In this document: positions 19,497 through 28,475 of the stretch, piece after piece
Layout: each line of letters opens with the position of its first letter
Position numbering within the stretch: position 1 is the stretch's first letter
IMG/VR virus record: IMGVR_UViG_3300028381_000200
Coordinates: 1-64,000 of that record
Length of the DNA stretch: 64,000 nt
Origin: a virus
Taxonomy: Duplodnaviria > Caudoviricetes
Strand: one strand, 5' to 3'
Position numbers and translations under genes: made by a program
Notes under the pieces: generated by a model
What the model saw: the letters and a program-made list of their open reading frames with translations, nothing else
The model's database searches: none
What the model was told of the DNA's origin: nothing

Positions 19497-19792
19497 TCGT
19501 TGCGCACCAGCTGCGCGAACGTTGTCTGGTCCACCTCGATGATATCGTCCTGGGCCATTTCGAGCATGTCAATCGCCCGGTCGTAGTCGGCCGTGTGATC
19601 GGACGGCGCGGTCAAGCCAACATACAGACGCACCTCACTCCCGTCGCGCGCCTTCTTCAACATTTCGTCCATCTCTTCTATCGCCCGGAGACGAAAGTTG
19701 GCCTGCGCTTTCAGAAACAAGTCCCGGTGCTCGTCCCGATTCTTCTTTACCTTCGTCAACAACTCCGCCTTCTTCACGCGCACACTGTCCAT
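19421..19792 (-). CDS. hypothetical phage protein
   Basis: AAAGGAGCGAG RBS; DYDRAIDMLEM. Confidence 0.75.
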   Translation of the reverse strand: MDSVRVKKAELLTKVKKNRDEHRDLFLKAQANFRLRAIEEMDEMLKKARDGSEVRLYVGLTAPSDHTADYDRAIDMLEMAQDDIIEVDQTTFAQLVRNEWSWFNQTTASNMTYAKGGKLGGSH

Positions 19793-19875
19793 CGCTCGCT
19801 CCTTTCGACGTATCACTGGCTCGCGCGGAAACCGGAGAAACCGCGCGACCTCGCCCAAATCATACGGATTGCCCA

Positions 19876-20025
19876 TTACGCTGGCACGGGCACCAGCCCT
19901 GGCACCGGCCTCGGCTCCGGCTCTGGATTTTTCTCTGGCAACGGAATCGCTTTAGGCACCGGATGCTCGACGGGCGAGACCACCGGCACAACGTCGTGCT
20001 CGCGCACCCACTCGCCAACATTCAT
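19876..20025 (-). CDS. small Pro/Val-rich protein
   Basis: MNVGEWVRE...PEPEPRPVP. Confidence 0.45.
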   Translation of the reverse strand: MNVGEWVREHDVVPVVSPVEHPVPKAIPLPEKNPEPEPRPVPGLVPVPA

Positions 20026-20626
20026 GACAGAACCTTTCCAGGCACCATCGGTGCCAGCTGATATGCGGCACGCCATACGTCGCCGCGAGAATCTTCCCCA
20101 CCTGATGCCCGCCCACCAACCGCCGGGGATAACCGAACTGCGCGCGATATCCGTAATCACATTCAATCACGCGGCCCCACAGATTGACTTCCCCGAAGAG
20201 GCAGTGTTTCTCGTAACCCAACGCGACGCCGGACGGCCGTTTCATCGCATAGACCCCAATGCGATTCGTCTCGGTGGGCACCTCCCGGTAGGGTCGCCAC
20301 CGGTCCGCGACCATCGGAGCCTTGGGCAACCACGTCGAGTCATTCGTCACGGCATGCAACCGACCGCGTTCGACCTTCCACAGGCGATAGCCGATAATCG
20401 GGTGCCCATCCCGCCGTGGCGGTTCAGCGTCCACCCAATCAAACAGACAGACCACCAGGAGAAACACTGCCGTAAACAACGGGAAGGCCCACGTGAGGCG
20501 CATTCCCATGTCGGTCCAATGAAACACAAACCCCATCGCAATCAATGATCCCCACGCCCCAATGAACATAGAGAGTGGAGCCCGCACCGACTGCGTGAGT
20601 TTAGGCTGCTGCTGCCACCAGGACAT
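19952..20626 (-). CDS. membrane protein with phage C-terminal domain
   Basis: Two TM helices then IGYRLW...GEVNLWGRVIE...GYRA. Confidence 0.65.
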   Translation of the reverse strand: MSWWQQQPKLTQSVRAPLSMFIGAWGSLIAMGFVFHWTDMGMRLTWAFPLFTAVFLLVVCLFDWVDAEPPRRDGHPIIGYRLWKVERGRLHAVTNDSTWLPKAPMVADRWRPYREVPTETNRIGVYAMKRPSGVALGYEKHCLFGEVNLWGRVIECDYGYRAQFGYPRRLVGGHQVGKILAATYGVPHISWHRWCLERFCHECWRVGARARRCAGGLARRASGA

Positions 20627-21674
20627 CGGCGTCGACTCCTTGCCCGACGAACTGCCCGCCCGCCAGCTGGTCCCAGGTGTTGGCCGCGCGCAGGAAGGCC
20701 CGCTCGTCATACTGGAGCGTCAGCAACTGCGTGAACCAGTAGTCTCCGTCCGGCAACCACCCGGTCTTCGGGTCATAGGCGTAGGCGCAATACTTCCGCA
20801 CCTCGTGGCCCTGGCTGTCCAGCAGATAGACATTGCCACTCCGGTGATTCTTGAGCCGGTAGCGCCGTCCGCTGGGGCTCCTGACCTCGACGTAGCCGTC
20901 TTTCTGCCAGGTGTGCCGCTGCACGTCGTTCAGGTGGGCCAGCCACAGCCGGTCGGCCCGCTGCCGCACCACCACCAGCTTCGCCTGCCTGGCCTCGCGT
21001 GCGGCAATCATCTCTGGCGTGTCCACCGGGCCACCGATAAACGTGTTGCCGCTCCAGACCGGGTTCACGTAGGTGTGCATGGCGGTCGTCAGTCCCGCCG
21101 CCGTCAGGTTCGGGTCGGTGCCCTGCCACTCGTAGGCCAGCGTCACGTTGTGGTTCGTTGCGTTGGTGATGACCTGACAGTTACCCAGAACGTTGCCTGC
21201 ACCGGTCGCGTAGACCGTGTGGGCGTGCTCCACCACGACGTCGTCGAGCGTGGCGGGGTCGTAGGTGCCTTGCAGCTGGAAGGTGTAGTGCGTCGCCGCC
21301 GAGACGTTGGTCGCGTTGTTGTCGGCCACGTAGAACCGATAGCGCGTCGTCGCGCTGACCGGGTCGCGCGTCTCAATGACCGGGGCGTTGCCGAGAATCA
21401 CCAGGTTGTTGTTCGCCACCGTCCCCTGCGCGTAAAGGGTCGCCATAGTCGCTCCTGATATCCGGGTCGCCGCTGCCGACACCATCATATCGCTGATACA
21501 CACGTCCAACGTTTGGAACGTCGCGGTGTCAAGCAAATCTATCGGCACCGTGGCATCCGGCAACGTCGTGAGGTTCACGCGCCGCGCGACGGGGAAGTGC
21601 AGCGGTCGGCCCGACGTCGCCGCCTCGGTCAACCAATGCGGAGTCGACGCGACCGCCGCTGCAAGGCTAGCCAC
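20601..21674 (-). CDS. hypothetical protein, T/A/N-rich N-terminus
   Basis: 357-aa ORF coupled to upstream gene. Confidence 0.7.
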   Translation of the reverse strand: MASLAAAVASTPHWLTEAATSGRPLHFPVARRVNLTTLPDATVPIDLLDTATFQTLDVCISDMMVSAAATRISGATMATLYAQGTVANNNLVILGNAPVIETRDPVSATTRYRFYVADNNATNVSAATHYTFQLQGTYDPATLDDVVVEHAHTVYATGAGNVLGNCQVITNATNHNVTLAYEWQGTDPNLTAAGLTTAMHTYVNPVWSGNTFIGGPVDTPEMIAAREARQAKLVVVRQRADRLWLAHLNDVQRHTWQKDGYVEVRSPSGRRYRLKNHRSGNVYLLDSQGHEVRKYCAYAYDPKTGWLPDGDYWFTQLLTLQYDERAFLRAANTWDQLAGGQFVGQGVDADVLVAAAA

Positions 21675-21987
21675 CGGCCATGGGCGGCACGAGGATGACT
21701 CGCTCCGCCGTGGGGTCGAACTCTTTGATAATGGAACCCTTGTCGCCGGTCTTGGGGTCGATGCGGTAGGCCGAGAAGCCCAGGGCTTTCTTCTGGTTGA
21801 AAATCTTGCGCATCTCTTCGACGTCGGCGGGGTCTTCCTTGTCCCACTCGTATTTGGCGTGACCGGTGGCGTCAGGCACGATAAGCGCGCCCGTCTTGCC
21901 CACCCCCGGTAACACGTCGGCGGGGTCGTAAATCTCCAAGTCCTGGGCGTCGCGCGTCAATTCATCTACTGCGTCGGTCGGGGTCAT
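21667..21987 (-). CDS. small protein with C-terminal GG
   Basis: Ends VILVPPMAGG; AGGAG RBS. Confidence 0.7.
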   Translation of the reverse strand: MTPTDAVDELTRDAQDLEIYDPADVLPGVGKTGALIVPDATGHAKYEWDKEDPADVEEMRKIFNQKKALGFSAYRIDPKTGDKGSIIKEFDPTAERVILVPPMAGG

Positions 21988-22175
21988 GTCAAGTCTCCTG
22001 TCGCGCATGGCGAGCACGCCCGCCATCAGCTCACGATACAGAGTGCGTTTCTTCCACGGCTTCGTGCCCCTGGGGGTCGTGTAGCCGGGTTTGCCCTTGC
22101 CGTAACCTTTCATAGCGATCCAACCAATAGCCGACGGTGGCCATGACGACCAACGCCATAAGTGCGATGAGTGCT

Positions 22176-22700
22176 TCAGGCATATTTGCGAATCTTCACT
22201 TCGACTGGAGCCGTCGGGTCGTCAGCCTTGATACCTTTCGCTATCGCCCCGGCCAGCACCAACCCGCTGGCCGTCGCTTCATCGCGTGCCACGAAGGGAC
22301 CGGACGTGTGGACAATCTCCGACCTGCTGACCGACGCACACTGCAAATCCTTCCCCGCTGCAATCTGCGTAGTCTGAATCACGATGCCTTCGTAGACACT
22401 GCCGGTCATAATCGCCGCTCCTTCCGTCATGCCATGTCGGGTCGCCCAGCGAGCGATACTGCCCTTGAGCCCCTTGGTCGGTTGCCAGTCCTGCGCCACG
22501 CTTTCGACCTCGGCCGACCGAATCGCCGTCCCCATCATCCGCACCACGCGAAACGGACTGAAGCCAGGATCTTCGACCACCCAGCCGGGGCCGGACGTCG
22601 GCTCCACGCGGCTCCAGCCCTTCTGCGCGCCCGCGTGCTTGCGCGTGTAAATCATCCCCTCGGCTAGCTCGGCCCCGCCGGTTTCAATCCAGGCTTTCAT
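22176..22700 (-). CDS. hypothetical protein
   Basis: ATGA coupling. Confidence 0.6.
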   Translation of the reverse strand: MKAWIETGGAELAEGMIYTRKHAGAQKGWSRVEPTSGPGWVVEDPGFSPFRVVRMMGTAIRSAEVESVAQDWQPTKGLKGSIARWATRHGMTEGAAIMTGSVYEGIVIQTTQIAAGKDLQCASVSRSEIVHTSGPFVARDEATASGLVLAGAIAKGIKADDPTAPVEVKIRKYA

Positions 22701-23359
22701 TTGGCCTTGAACGTCGGCTCGTCCCACACCGCGACATACGCTTCCGCGCCCTGGTAGCTCACAATGAGGAAGGGGTCCATCACCATGCGTTCATACCGCA
22801 ACGACTCCACCTGGAAGGTCACGTCGGTATGGCCATAGTTGGGAATCTGACTATTGCGCTTGAAGTCGTGGCGAATCATCAGCGCCGTCGCCAGCACGTC
22901 GGCTGGAACCTCTTCCTCGGTCTGCGACAGGCTCGCCCGCCGCCACCGCCAGGCCATGGGCGCAAGCATAATCCACAGCCCCACCGACGTGATGATCCCC
23001 GCGAGCGAGACGAAGAATATCAGCACCCCGCCTAAGTCATTCACCGGGTTAAACCGGCGGGCTACCATCCCAATGGCCGTCAGGTAGCAGAACAGAATGA
23101 TCCCCTGGCCGACCACCGCCCGCAGCCACAGCTTGGCGCGCTGCCACCGTTTGTAAGCCACCACCACCTTCGGCTTGAACGGGGGCACCCCCAACGCAAT
23201 GAGCTGCTCAAACAGATACCGGGCTGCCGCGCGCTTCTGGTTGTGCGCGAGCATCGGTTGGTAGCCCAACTCGGATTGGGCCTTGATGGCCAGGTCGGCG
23301 TCCAGCTGCCGGAGGTCGTCCGGCACTTCCGTCACACGAGTGAGCGTCGCTAGGGTCAT
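22697..23359 (-). CDS. two-TM membrane protein
   Basis: GGAGG RBS; DPFLIV...VAVWDEP C-terminus. Confidence 0.7.
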   Translation of the reverse strand: MTLATLTRVTEVPDDLRQLDADLAIKAQSELGYQPMLAHNQKRAAARYLFEQLIALGVPPFKPKVVVAYKRWQRAKLWLRAVVGQGIILFCYLTAIGMVARRFNPVNDLGGVLIFFVSLAGIITSVGLWIMLAPMAWRWRRASLSQTEEEVPADVLATALMIRHDFKRNSQIPNYGHTDVTFQVESLRYERMVMDPFLIVSYQGAEAYVAVWDEPTFKAK

Positions 23360-23375
23360 GTCTGCCTCCTCCTGT

Positions 23376-23558
23376 TCAAACAAACCAACTGATTCGAAAG
23401 ATGCCGACGGCGCACAGCAACGCCAGCCCATACCAGGGCCAGAACGCCAGCACACCCATCACGGGAATCAGAATCGCCATGAACAGCATGAAGCGGTAGG
23501 GCTCGTCCACGGTGTCGAACCATTGATTGAAGCCGGTGGGATCAAAACGATAGCGCAT
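23376..23558 (-). CDS. small membrane protein
   Basis: Two hydrophobic segments. Confidence 0.5.
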   Translation of the reverse strand: MRYRFDPTGFNQWFDTVDEPYRFMLFMAILIPVMGVLAFWPWYGLALLCAVGIFRISWFV

Positions 23559-23796
23559 GAGGGGTTCGGGGTCCTGACGACGGCTGAATGTCGGTAAAAC
23601 CACGCTCACCAATAAGTGGAATCACAACCATCTCCCGCAATTTCAACGGGACAACAACAACCACCAACCAGTTACATAGTTTCGGGGTGCAACCCGAAGG
23701 GTCCTTACGAAGCCACCGAGATTTTTTATCGTGGCGCTCGGGGGGCCTCCGCTTCCTCGCCACTAGACATTCCGCATCCGCCGCTGGACCCCGTCA

Positions 23797-24180
23797 CTAC
23801 ACGCTTTGCTTCTTCACCATGCCGATCAGCCACTCCAAAATATACAGCCGGGGCGCGAACCAGACGAGCAGCGTATCATGCAGCTGCGACCCAGTGAACG
23901 TGCCCATCACGATTGACGCGAACGTCAGCGCCACCGCCACGCCAACCTTGTCATCATCGTCATCGAACTGGTGGGCGTTCCATTTCCGCCACGCCAGGGC
24001 CAGACCACCCACGCCGACCAGGAACAACACCAACCCGGTCGTCTCCCAAGCCCGGCCGAAGGCAATCTTCTCCTGCACGAGCAGCGGGATTTCGGCCTTG
24101 GCCCACGTGGCCGCGTCCTGCGCGTTGGCCAGCAGCGCCCGCAGCAGTTCCGCTAGTTGCTTCTGTAGTTCTGGGTCCAC
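23797..24180 (-). CDS. membrane protein
   Basis: WAKAEIPLLVQE, two TM, FAPRLYILE. Confidence 0.65.
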   Translation of the reverse strand: MDPELQKQLAELLRALLANAQDAATWAKAEIPLLVQEKIAFGRAWETTGLVLFLVGVGGLALAWRKWNAHQFDDDDDKVGVAVALTFASIVMGTFTGSQLHDTLLVWFAPRLYILEWLIGMVKKQSV

Positions 24181-24193
24181 TTTATTCGGTCGA

Positions 24194-24496
24194 TCACGAC
24201 AGTTCGCCCAGGACGCTGTCATCCTGCTCGTAGCCGACGACCGGCGTTTGGCCGTTCGTCGCTTTGATTTGCTGGTCCAACGTCCTGATTTCTCGCGCGA
24301 CCGTCGACACCATTTTGTCGAGCACGCGCACGTCGTAAGTCGGCTGACGCGTGGTTTCTTTGTCACCGCCCACGCCGAACCGGCGCGTGACCGTCGCGCT
24401 GTTCGCGTCGCGCAATTCGACCAGTTCCGCGTGTCGCTGGCGGAGAGTCTTCATCCAAACCAGTGCTTCGTTGACCGTGATTGTTCTCCCCGCCAT
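24194..24496 (-). CDS. DIP1984-like half-size coiled-coil protein
   Basis: TVNEAL...PTYDV...IRTLDQQIKATN resembles one DIP1984 repeat. Confidence 0.65.
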   Translation of the reverse strand: MAGRTITVNEALVWMKTLRQRHAELVELRDANSATVTRRFGVGGDKETTRQPTYDVRVLDKMVSTVAREIRTLDQQIKATNGQTPVVGYEQDDSVLGELS

Positions 24497-24501
24497 CGCT
24501 C

Positions 24502-24590
24502 ACCTCGCTTCGCTTGCTTTGCCACGCCTCGCCTAGCCGCACCGGGCCGCGCTTTGCCGTGCAATCCTCGCCTTACCTCGCCTGCTTTGA
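24502..24590 (-). ncRNA. satellite GGY-NN guide-like unit
   Basis: AGCAGGC-(NN-GGY)n-AGCAAGC; UUCG hairpin at 24594-24615 on its 5' side. Confidence 0.8.
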
Positions 24591-24624
24591 AATGGGTCGC
24601 GCCGAAGCGCGACCCGGTCGAGTC

Positions 24625-24876
24625 CTACGCGTCTACCGTGAACGCGGCTTCGGACGCCTTGCCATTGACCGTGACCACCACCTTGCCCGGTCCCTTGGTC
24701 GCGCCGTGGGGCACCGCCGTGACAATCGCGCCGTCGTTCCACGTCGCCACCACCGCCGCTACCCCGCCGACCGTGACCGTGCTGTTGCCCTGGGTGGCCC
24801 CAAAGCCGGTCCCGGTAATCGTCACTGAACTGTCCGCTGGTCCGTGCCCTGGGTTCGCAATAATCGTCATCTTCAC
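24625..24876 (-). CDS. single IPT/TIG-domain protein
   Basis: VTITGTGFG...VTVGG...WNDGAIVTAVP. Confidence 0.8.
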   Translation of the reverse strand: MKMTIIANPGHGPADSSVTITGTGFGATQGNSTVTVGGVAAVVATWNDGAIVTAVPHGATKGPGKVVVTVNGKASEAAFTVDA

Positions 24877-24922
24877 TCCTCCGCGTTTATGAAGTTACGG
24901 TTGCGTCGGGTCGACCCTTGGG

Positions 24923-24989
24923 AAAAAAGAGACCGTGGTAGATAACGAGTTCAAATCGTTCCTGATTACGAATCATAGCTACCACAGTC
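24923..24989 (-). ncRNA. three-way-junction RNA / terminator
   Basis: GACTGTGGTAG/CTACCACGGTC stem enclosing two hairpins, followed by U-tract. Confidence 0.5.
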
Positions 24990-25020
24990 ATTCGGACACG
25001 CACTTGGTTCGCCAGTCGCC

Positions 25021-25126
25021 CGATGCCGCAGCTTAATGTCGGCGCTCTACCACTGAGCTACCAGGACATGTTTTTTGGGGTCCTGGGCGGGATTTGAACC
25101 CGCGCCTCCGAGTATTGGCCGCATCG
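25021..25126 (-). ncRNA. circularly permuted tRNA-like RNA (T arm, looped acceptor stem, D arm)
   Basis: GCGGG TTCAAAT CCCGC, CCAGGAC/GTCCTGG, GCTC AGTGGTA GAGC; flanks pair in place of the anticodon arm. Confidence 0.75.
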
Positions 25127-25150
25127 CCGCCGACGTTCCGCCGTGTCACC

Positions 25151-25230
25151 CTGAGCCTCGCTGGTAAAAGCCTAAGCCTAACCCCTTCTACGGGAGGTAA
25201 ACTTGAGCCTTAGCCTGAGCCTGACCCAGC
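25151..25230 (-). repeat. hexamer repeats T(C/A/T)AGGC
   Basis: TCAGGC TCAGGC TAAGGC TCAAGT ... TTAGGC TTAGGC. Confidence 0.7.
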
Positions 25231-25235
25231 CTCGT

Positions 25236-25312
25236 TGGACCACCGGGCGGGAGTCGAACCCGCAATCTCCGGGGTAGAAGCCCAGCGCATCATCCTATAA
25301 TGCTTCCGGTGG
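25236..25312 (-). tRNA. tRNA-Arg (UCU), atypical
   Basis: Full cloverleaf CCACCGG/CCGGTGG, anticodon loop CTTCTAC, TTCGACT T-loop, encoded CCA; A8/U14 and U73. Confidence 0.8.
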
Positions 25313-25317
25313 TCGAT

Positions 25318-25392
25318 ACCTTGCTTGCTTTGCTTCGCCTTGCCACGCTCTACCAGGCCATACTCCGCCGACACAGCCTCACCTGGCCTGCT
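25318..25392 (-). ncRNA. satellite GGY-NN guide-like unit
   Basis: Starts at TAG stop (TAGCAGGC), ends just before tRNA 5' end. Confidence 0.75.
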
Positions 25393-26161
25393 ACGCTTTG
25401 CCGTTGCTGCCTTTGAACACGAAGTTGAACAACTTGTCGCCGACCGTCGGCAGCTTGTCGCTCTCCAGCGATACCTCGTTTGCCCTCATTCGAGCCGCCT
25501 TGATGGCCCTACGCAGCGACTCGGCACGCTCCAACATGTCAGCTTTCTGCACGATGGTCAACGCGCTGCTCCACTCTTGTGCCGTCACCGTGCCCACCGG
25601 CACGTCTTCGGAGATGACCTGCGCCTGGCCAGGGTGCTCCGGTGTCGGCTGCAACAGCACCAGCACACGCTGTGCTTTCTTCGTGCGCTGTGTCCGCACC
25701 TCGCGCGCCTTGTAGACGCCAGCTCCAGCGTCGGGGTCCGGCACGTAACTCTTGGCCGAGTCCAGCGTCGGCGCAGCCGTCACCAGTTCTTGAATTTCAG
25801 CACTGCGTTTTTCAAGTTCGAGCAGCGCCGTCGCCGGGACGTTGGTCAACAGCACCGTGCCGTCATCCAGGACGACGTCGGCCCGTGCCTTGGTATTGGC
25901 CTCCGCCACCTGGTAACTCACGTCCAGCGCTTTGCGCCAGACGTCGGCGATCCAATCCAACTCTTTGGGCACCGTGCTTTCCAGCTCCGAGTGCTGCTCG
26001 ATCACCACCGGCATGTTCTCTTCCAGCGGCTGGAAGGCGAGAATTTTCTTTTCGAACAGGTGTCGCTTTTTTTCGAACGTGGCCCGCAGGTCGGTCCGCG
26101 TCGCCTGCGCTTGACCCTTCAGCTGACCCTCGACCGCCAACAACTCGTGCAACTTCGGCAT
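25391..26161 (-). CDS. DUF7873-like conserved phage protein
   Basis: KLHELLAVE, ARADV, VPATALLELEK, RTKK, EHPGQ, DVPVG, ARMRAN. Confidence 0.75.
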   Translation of the reverse strand: MPKLHELLAVEGQLKGQAQATRTDLRATFEKKRHLFEKKILAFQPLEENMPVVIEQHSELESTVPKELDWIADVWRKALDVSYQVAEANTKARADVVLDDGTVLLTNVPATALLELEKRSAEIQELVTAAPTLDSAKSYVPDPDAGAGVYKAREVRTQRTKKAQRVLVLLQPTPEHPGQAQVISEDVPVGTVTAQEWSSALTIVQKADMLERAESLRRAIKAARMRANEVSLESDKLPTVGDKLFNFVFKGSNGKA

Positions 26162-26662
26162 GTCTCGCTCCTTCGGCGGTCGCGTGTAGGGAGAACAGCG
26201 CCACCAGTGCGACGTGATTGCTCGACGGCGCGCTCACCCACCCGCAGGTGCAAATCGCTCGGTCGAATCCGTCGTGATAGTAATACCCGCCATCGCCAAA
26301 CGTGCATTGCCGAAAGTGCGACAGCTCGTGGTCCATTAGACGCTCGTCATCGTCAAACGTTGCAATGTCTCGCCGCCAGGGATTTCCGCCAATGTCACCC
26401 TGGTTATGGGGCCTTTAACTCCGCCCGTTTTGCCTCGGCCTCATCGCGTTGCGCCTATGACCACTGTCAGCGCAGCGGCTTTTGCCCCCGTGGTGTGGTC
26501 TTGCGCGTGGGAGTCGGATGTTAATTCACCCTTGGCGGACGCCGGGCTGTCCACACCAGCGCCCTCCCCCACCGCTCAAGCTGGTCACGTGCGTTGCTCT
26601 CAGTCCGAGAATTGCCCGGCTCTTCGTCCATCACCGGGCCGCGTCTCTTCCGCCACGGCGAG

Positions 26663-26962
26663 TTAGTGTGTATGACTCAATAACCACGCGCATTGATACG
26701 CGGGCGACGCACAGCCGCCGCAGTCCTTCCCGCAGAGATTGCACCCGTGGGCCACCAGCAACCGGCCGTCGTCACCGTCCCTGGTCGCCGCCAAGTTGAC
26801 GACCACGTCGCTCACGACCTCGGCGTGGGCCTTCCGCACCTTGTGCAGCTGCGAGAACGCGTGGGCCGGACACGGCAGCCACCGCAGGCCGTCGCCTTCA
26901 AACGTGCAGCCGCATTCCAGCTGGTGAAAGTCCTGGGGCTTCATACTGTCGAGGGTCGTCAT
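26663..26962 (-). CDS. Cys-rich hypothetical protein
   Basis: ECGC, CNLC, CGGC. Confidence 0.55.
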   Translation of the reverse strand: MTTLDSMKPQDFHQLECGCTFEGDGLRWLPCPAHAFSQLHKVRKAHAEVVSDVVVNLAATRDGDDGRLLVAHGCNLCGKDCGGCASPAYQCAWLLSHTH

Positions 26963-27339
26963 GCGCCCACCTTTCGTGTTGCGGCCTTCATCGCTACCGC
27001 GTGCACCAGCGCGTCCCGCAGTTTGCTTTCGATCAGCTCATACCAGTCGTTGCCCTGGAAGACGGCCAGCACCGGGCCTTCGCTCGTGCCCAGCACCTCC
27101 TGGAGCACGATGACCCGCTCCGCTGGGCGGTGCCGCAGCTTGAACTTCACGCCGCGAAACAGAAACCGCAGCTGCCGTCCGGCTGGCCCGAACGTCGCCA
27201 GCGAGTCGCGGTCGGCCAGCGTCAACGCGCACATTAAGAGCGTGCCCATAATCGGCAGGGCGTAGGACGCGTGGTGCTTGGCCTTCGCGGTCGTGTGCCG
27301 CAGGAAGCCTTGAATGTCGCCGACCGTGTCGAGTTTCAC
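26959..27339 (-). CDS. hypothetical protein
   Basis: GTGA coupling to ATPase stop. Confidence 0.6.
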   Translation of the reverse strand: MKLDTVGDIQGFLRHTTAKAKHHASYALPIMGTLLMCALTLADRDSLATFGPAGRQLRFLFRGVKFKLRHRPAERVIVLQEVLGTSEGPVLAVFQGNDWYELIESKLRDALVHAVAMKAATRKVGA

Positions 27340-28475
27340 TTGGTCACCATTTCCGGCGGTTTGAAGCCGAACGCCGGTTCCGGCGTGGCCACCGGTTGGC
27401 CCGACACCGCAGCATACAACTCGGCAATCGTCATCCGCTGGGTCACCCCAGTCGGGTCCCCGCCGTGCGCCTGGACCCACGCCTGCGAGGCGTCTTTCCC
27501 TAACGACGTAAATTCAATCTTCGACGCGCAGCGGCCAGGTCGGGCCACCGCCGGGTGCAGCTTGCCCAGCGGCTCGTTGGTGGTGATCAACACCAGCACC
27601 CGTAGCCCTTGCCCCAAGAGCCCGTCAACCAGGTTCAGGAGTCGACTCAACGCCTGCCCGACCTGTTCGCGCGCGTCCGGCACCAGCAGTTCGCCCGCGT
27701 CTTCCAGGACAATCAACCGCCAGCGCGAGTTGCCCTTGAGAGGCTCCGCCGCCTGGGCCAGGGCCACCGGCAGGTCATCCTCCTCGTCTTCTTCCTGCCC
27801 GCCGAACACGGTCTGAATCAAATACGCGACGTGCTTGCCGAAGAAGTTGTCCGGGTCCGTCACGTAGTGGAAGTCACACCAGGGCTGCCAGGCTCGGGCA
27901 AGTGCCCGCAACGCATACGTCTTGCCGGTGCCGGGCACGCCGTGCCACAGCAGCAGCTGGCCCGCGCTCGTCGGCCGAAAGGCCATTTGGTCGTTCAACT
28001 GTGCCTGCACCGGGGTCGCGTAGTTTGTCTGAATCGTCGCCCACTCCGGCACCGTAATCAGCCGCCGCAGCCGCGCCGGACCGTGCGTGGATTGATACCA
28101 GAACGTGACCGGGGTCGCGTCGGGCTTCTCGGCAATCGGTAACCGCTCCCGCCAGGCTTTGATCGTGGCCTCGACCGCCGCCAACTCATCGCCGCCGACA
28201 ATCAGTCGCACCTGCTCGTGCGCAATCGAAATTTGCACGGCACAGGTTTCGGTCAAATCCCCTGGCACGAACGCCGACTCGTCGCCGTCCTGCTCGTGGA
28301 CAATCACGCGCGACTTCGGAGCCAGCGTCGCCAACGCCGCAGGCCGCAACGTATTCCACTCTGCGCCGCGCAGGAAGCGATACTTGTTGCTCATCACTTC
28401 GTGCATGAACAGGTAGTGCGGGACACTACTCCAGCTGGTGTCCGACAACGACAGGTTCAGGTTGGGACTGGTCAT
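27336..28475 (-). CDS. AAA+ ATPase
   Basis: GVPGTGKT, IVLED, LLNLVDG, TTN, RPGR. Confidence 0.9.
   Translation of the reverse strand: MTSPNLNLSLSDTSWSSVPHYLFMHEVMSNKYRFLRGAEWNTLRPAALATLAPKSRVIVHEQDGDESAFVPGDLTETCAVQISIAHEQVRLIVGGDELAAVEATIKAWRERLPIAEKPDATPVTFWYQSTHGPARLRRLITVPEWATIQTNYATPVQAQLNDQMAFRPTSAGQLLLWHGVPGTGKTYALRALARAWQPWCDFHYVTDPDNFFGKHVAYLIQTVFGGQEEDEEDDLPVALAQAAEPLKGNSRWRLIVLEDAGELLVPDAREQVGQALSRLLNLVDGLLGQGLRVLVLITTNEPLGKLHPAVARPGRCASKIEFTSLGKDASQAWVQAHGGDPTGVTQRMTIAELYAAVSGQPVATPEPAFGFKPPEMVTK

Noticed and set aside
25274-25280. Amber suppressor reading (CTA) of the tRNA loop
   Set aside because: The 7-nt loop CTTCTAC centres TCT, and TAG is used as a normal stop
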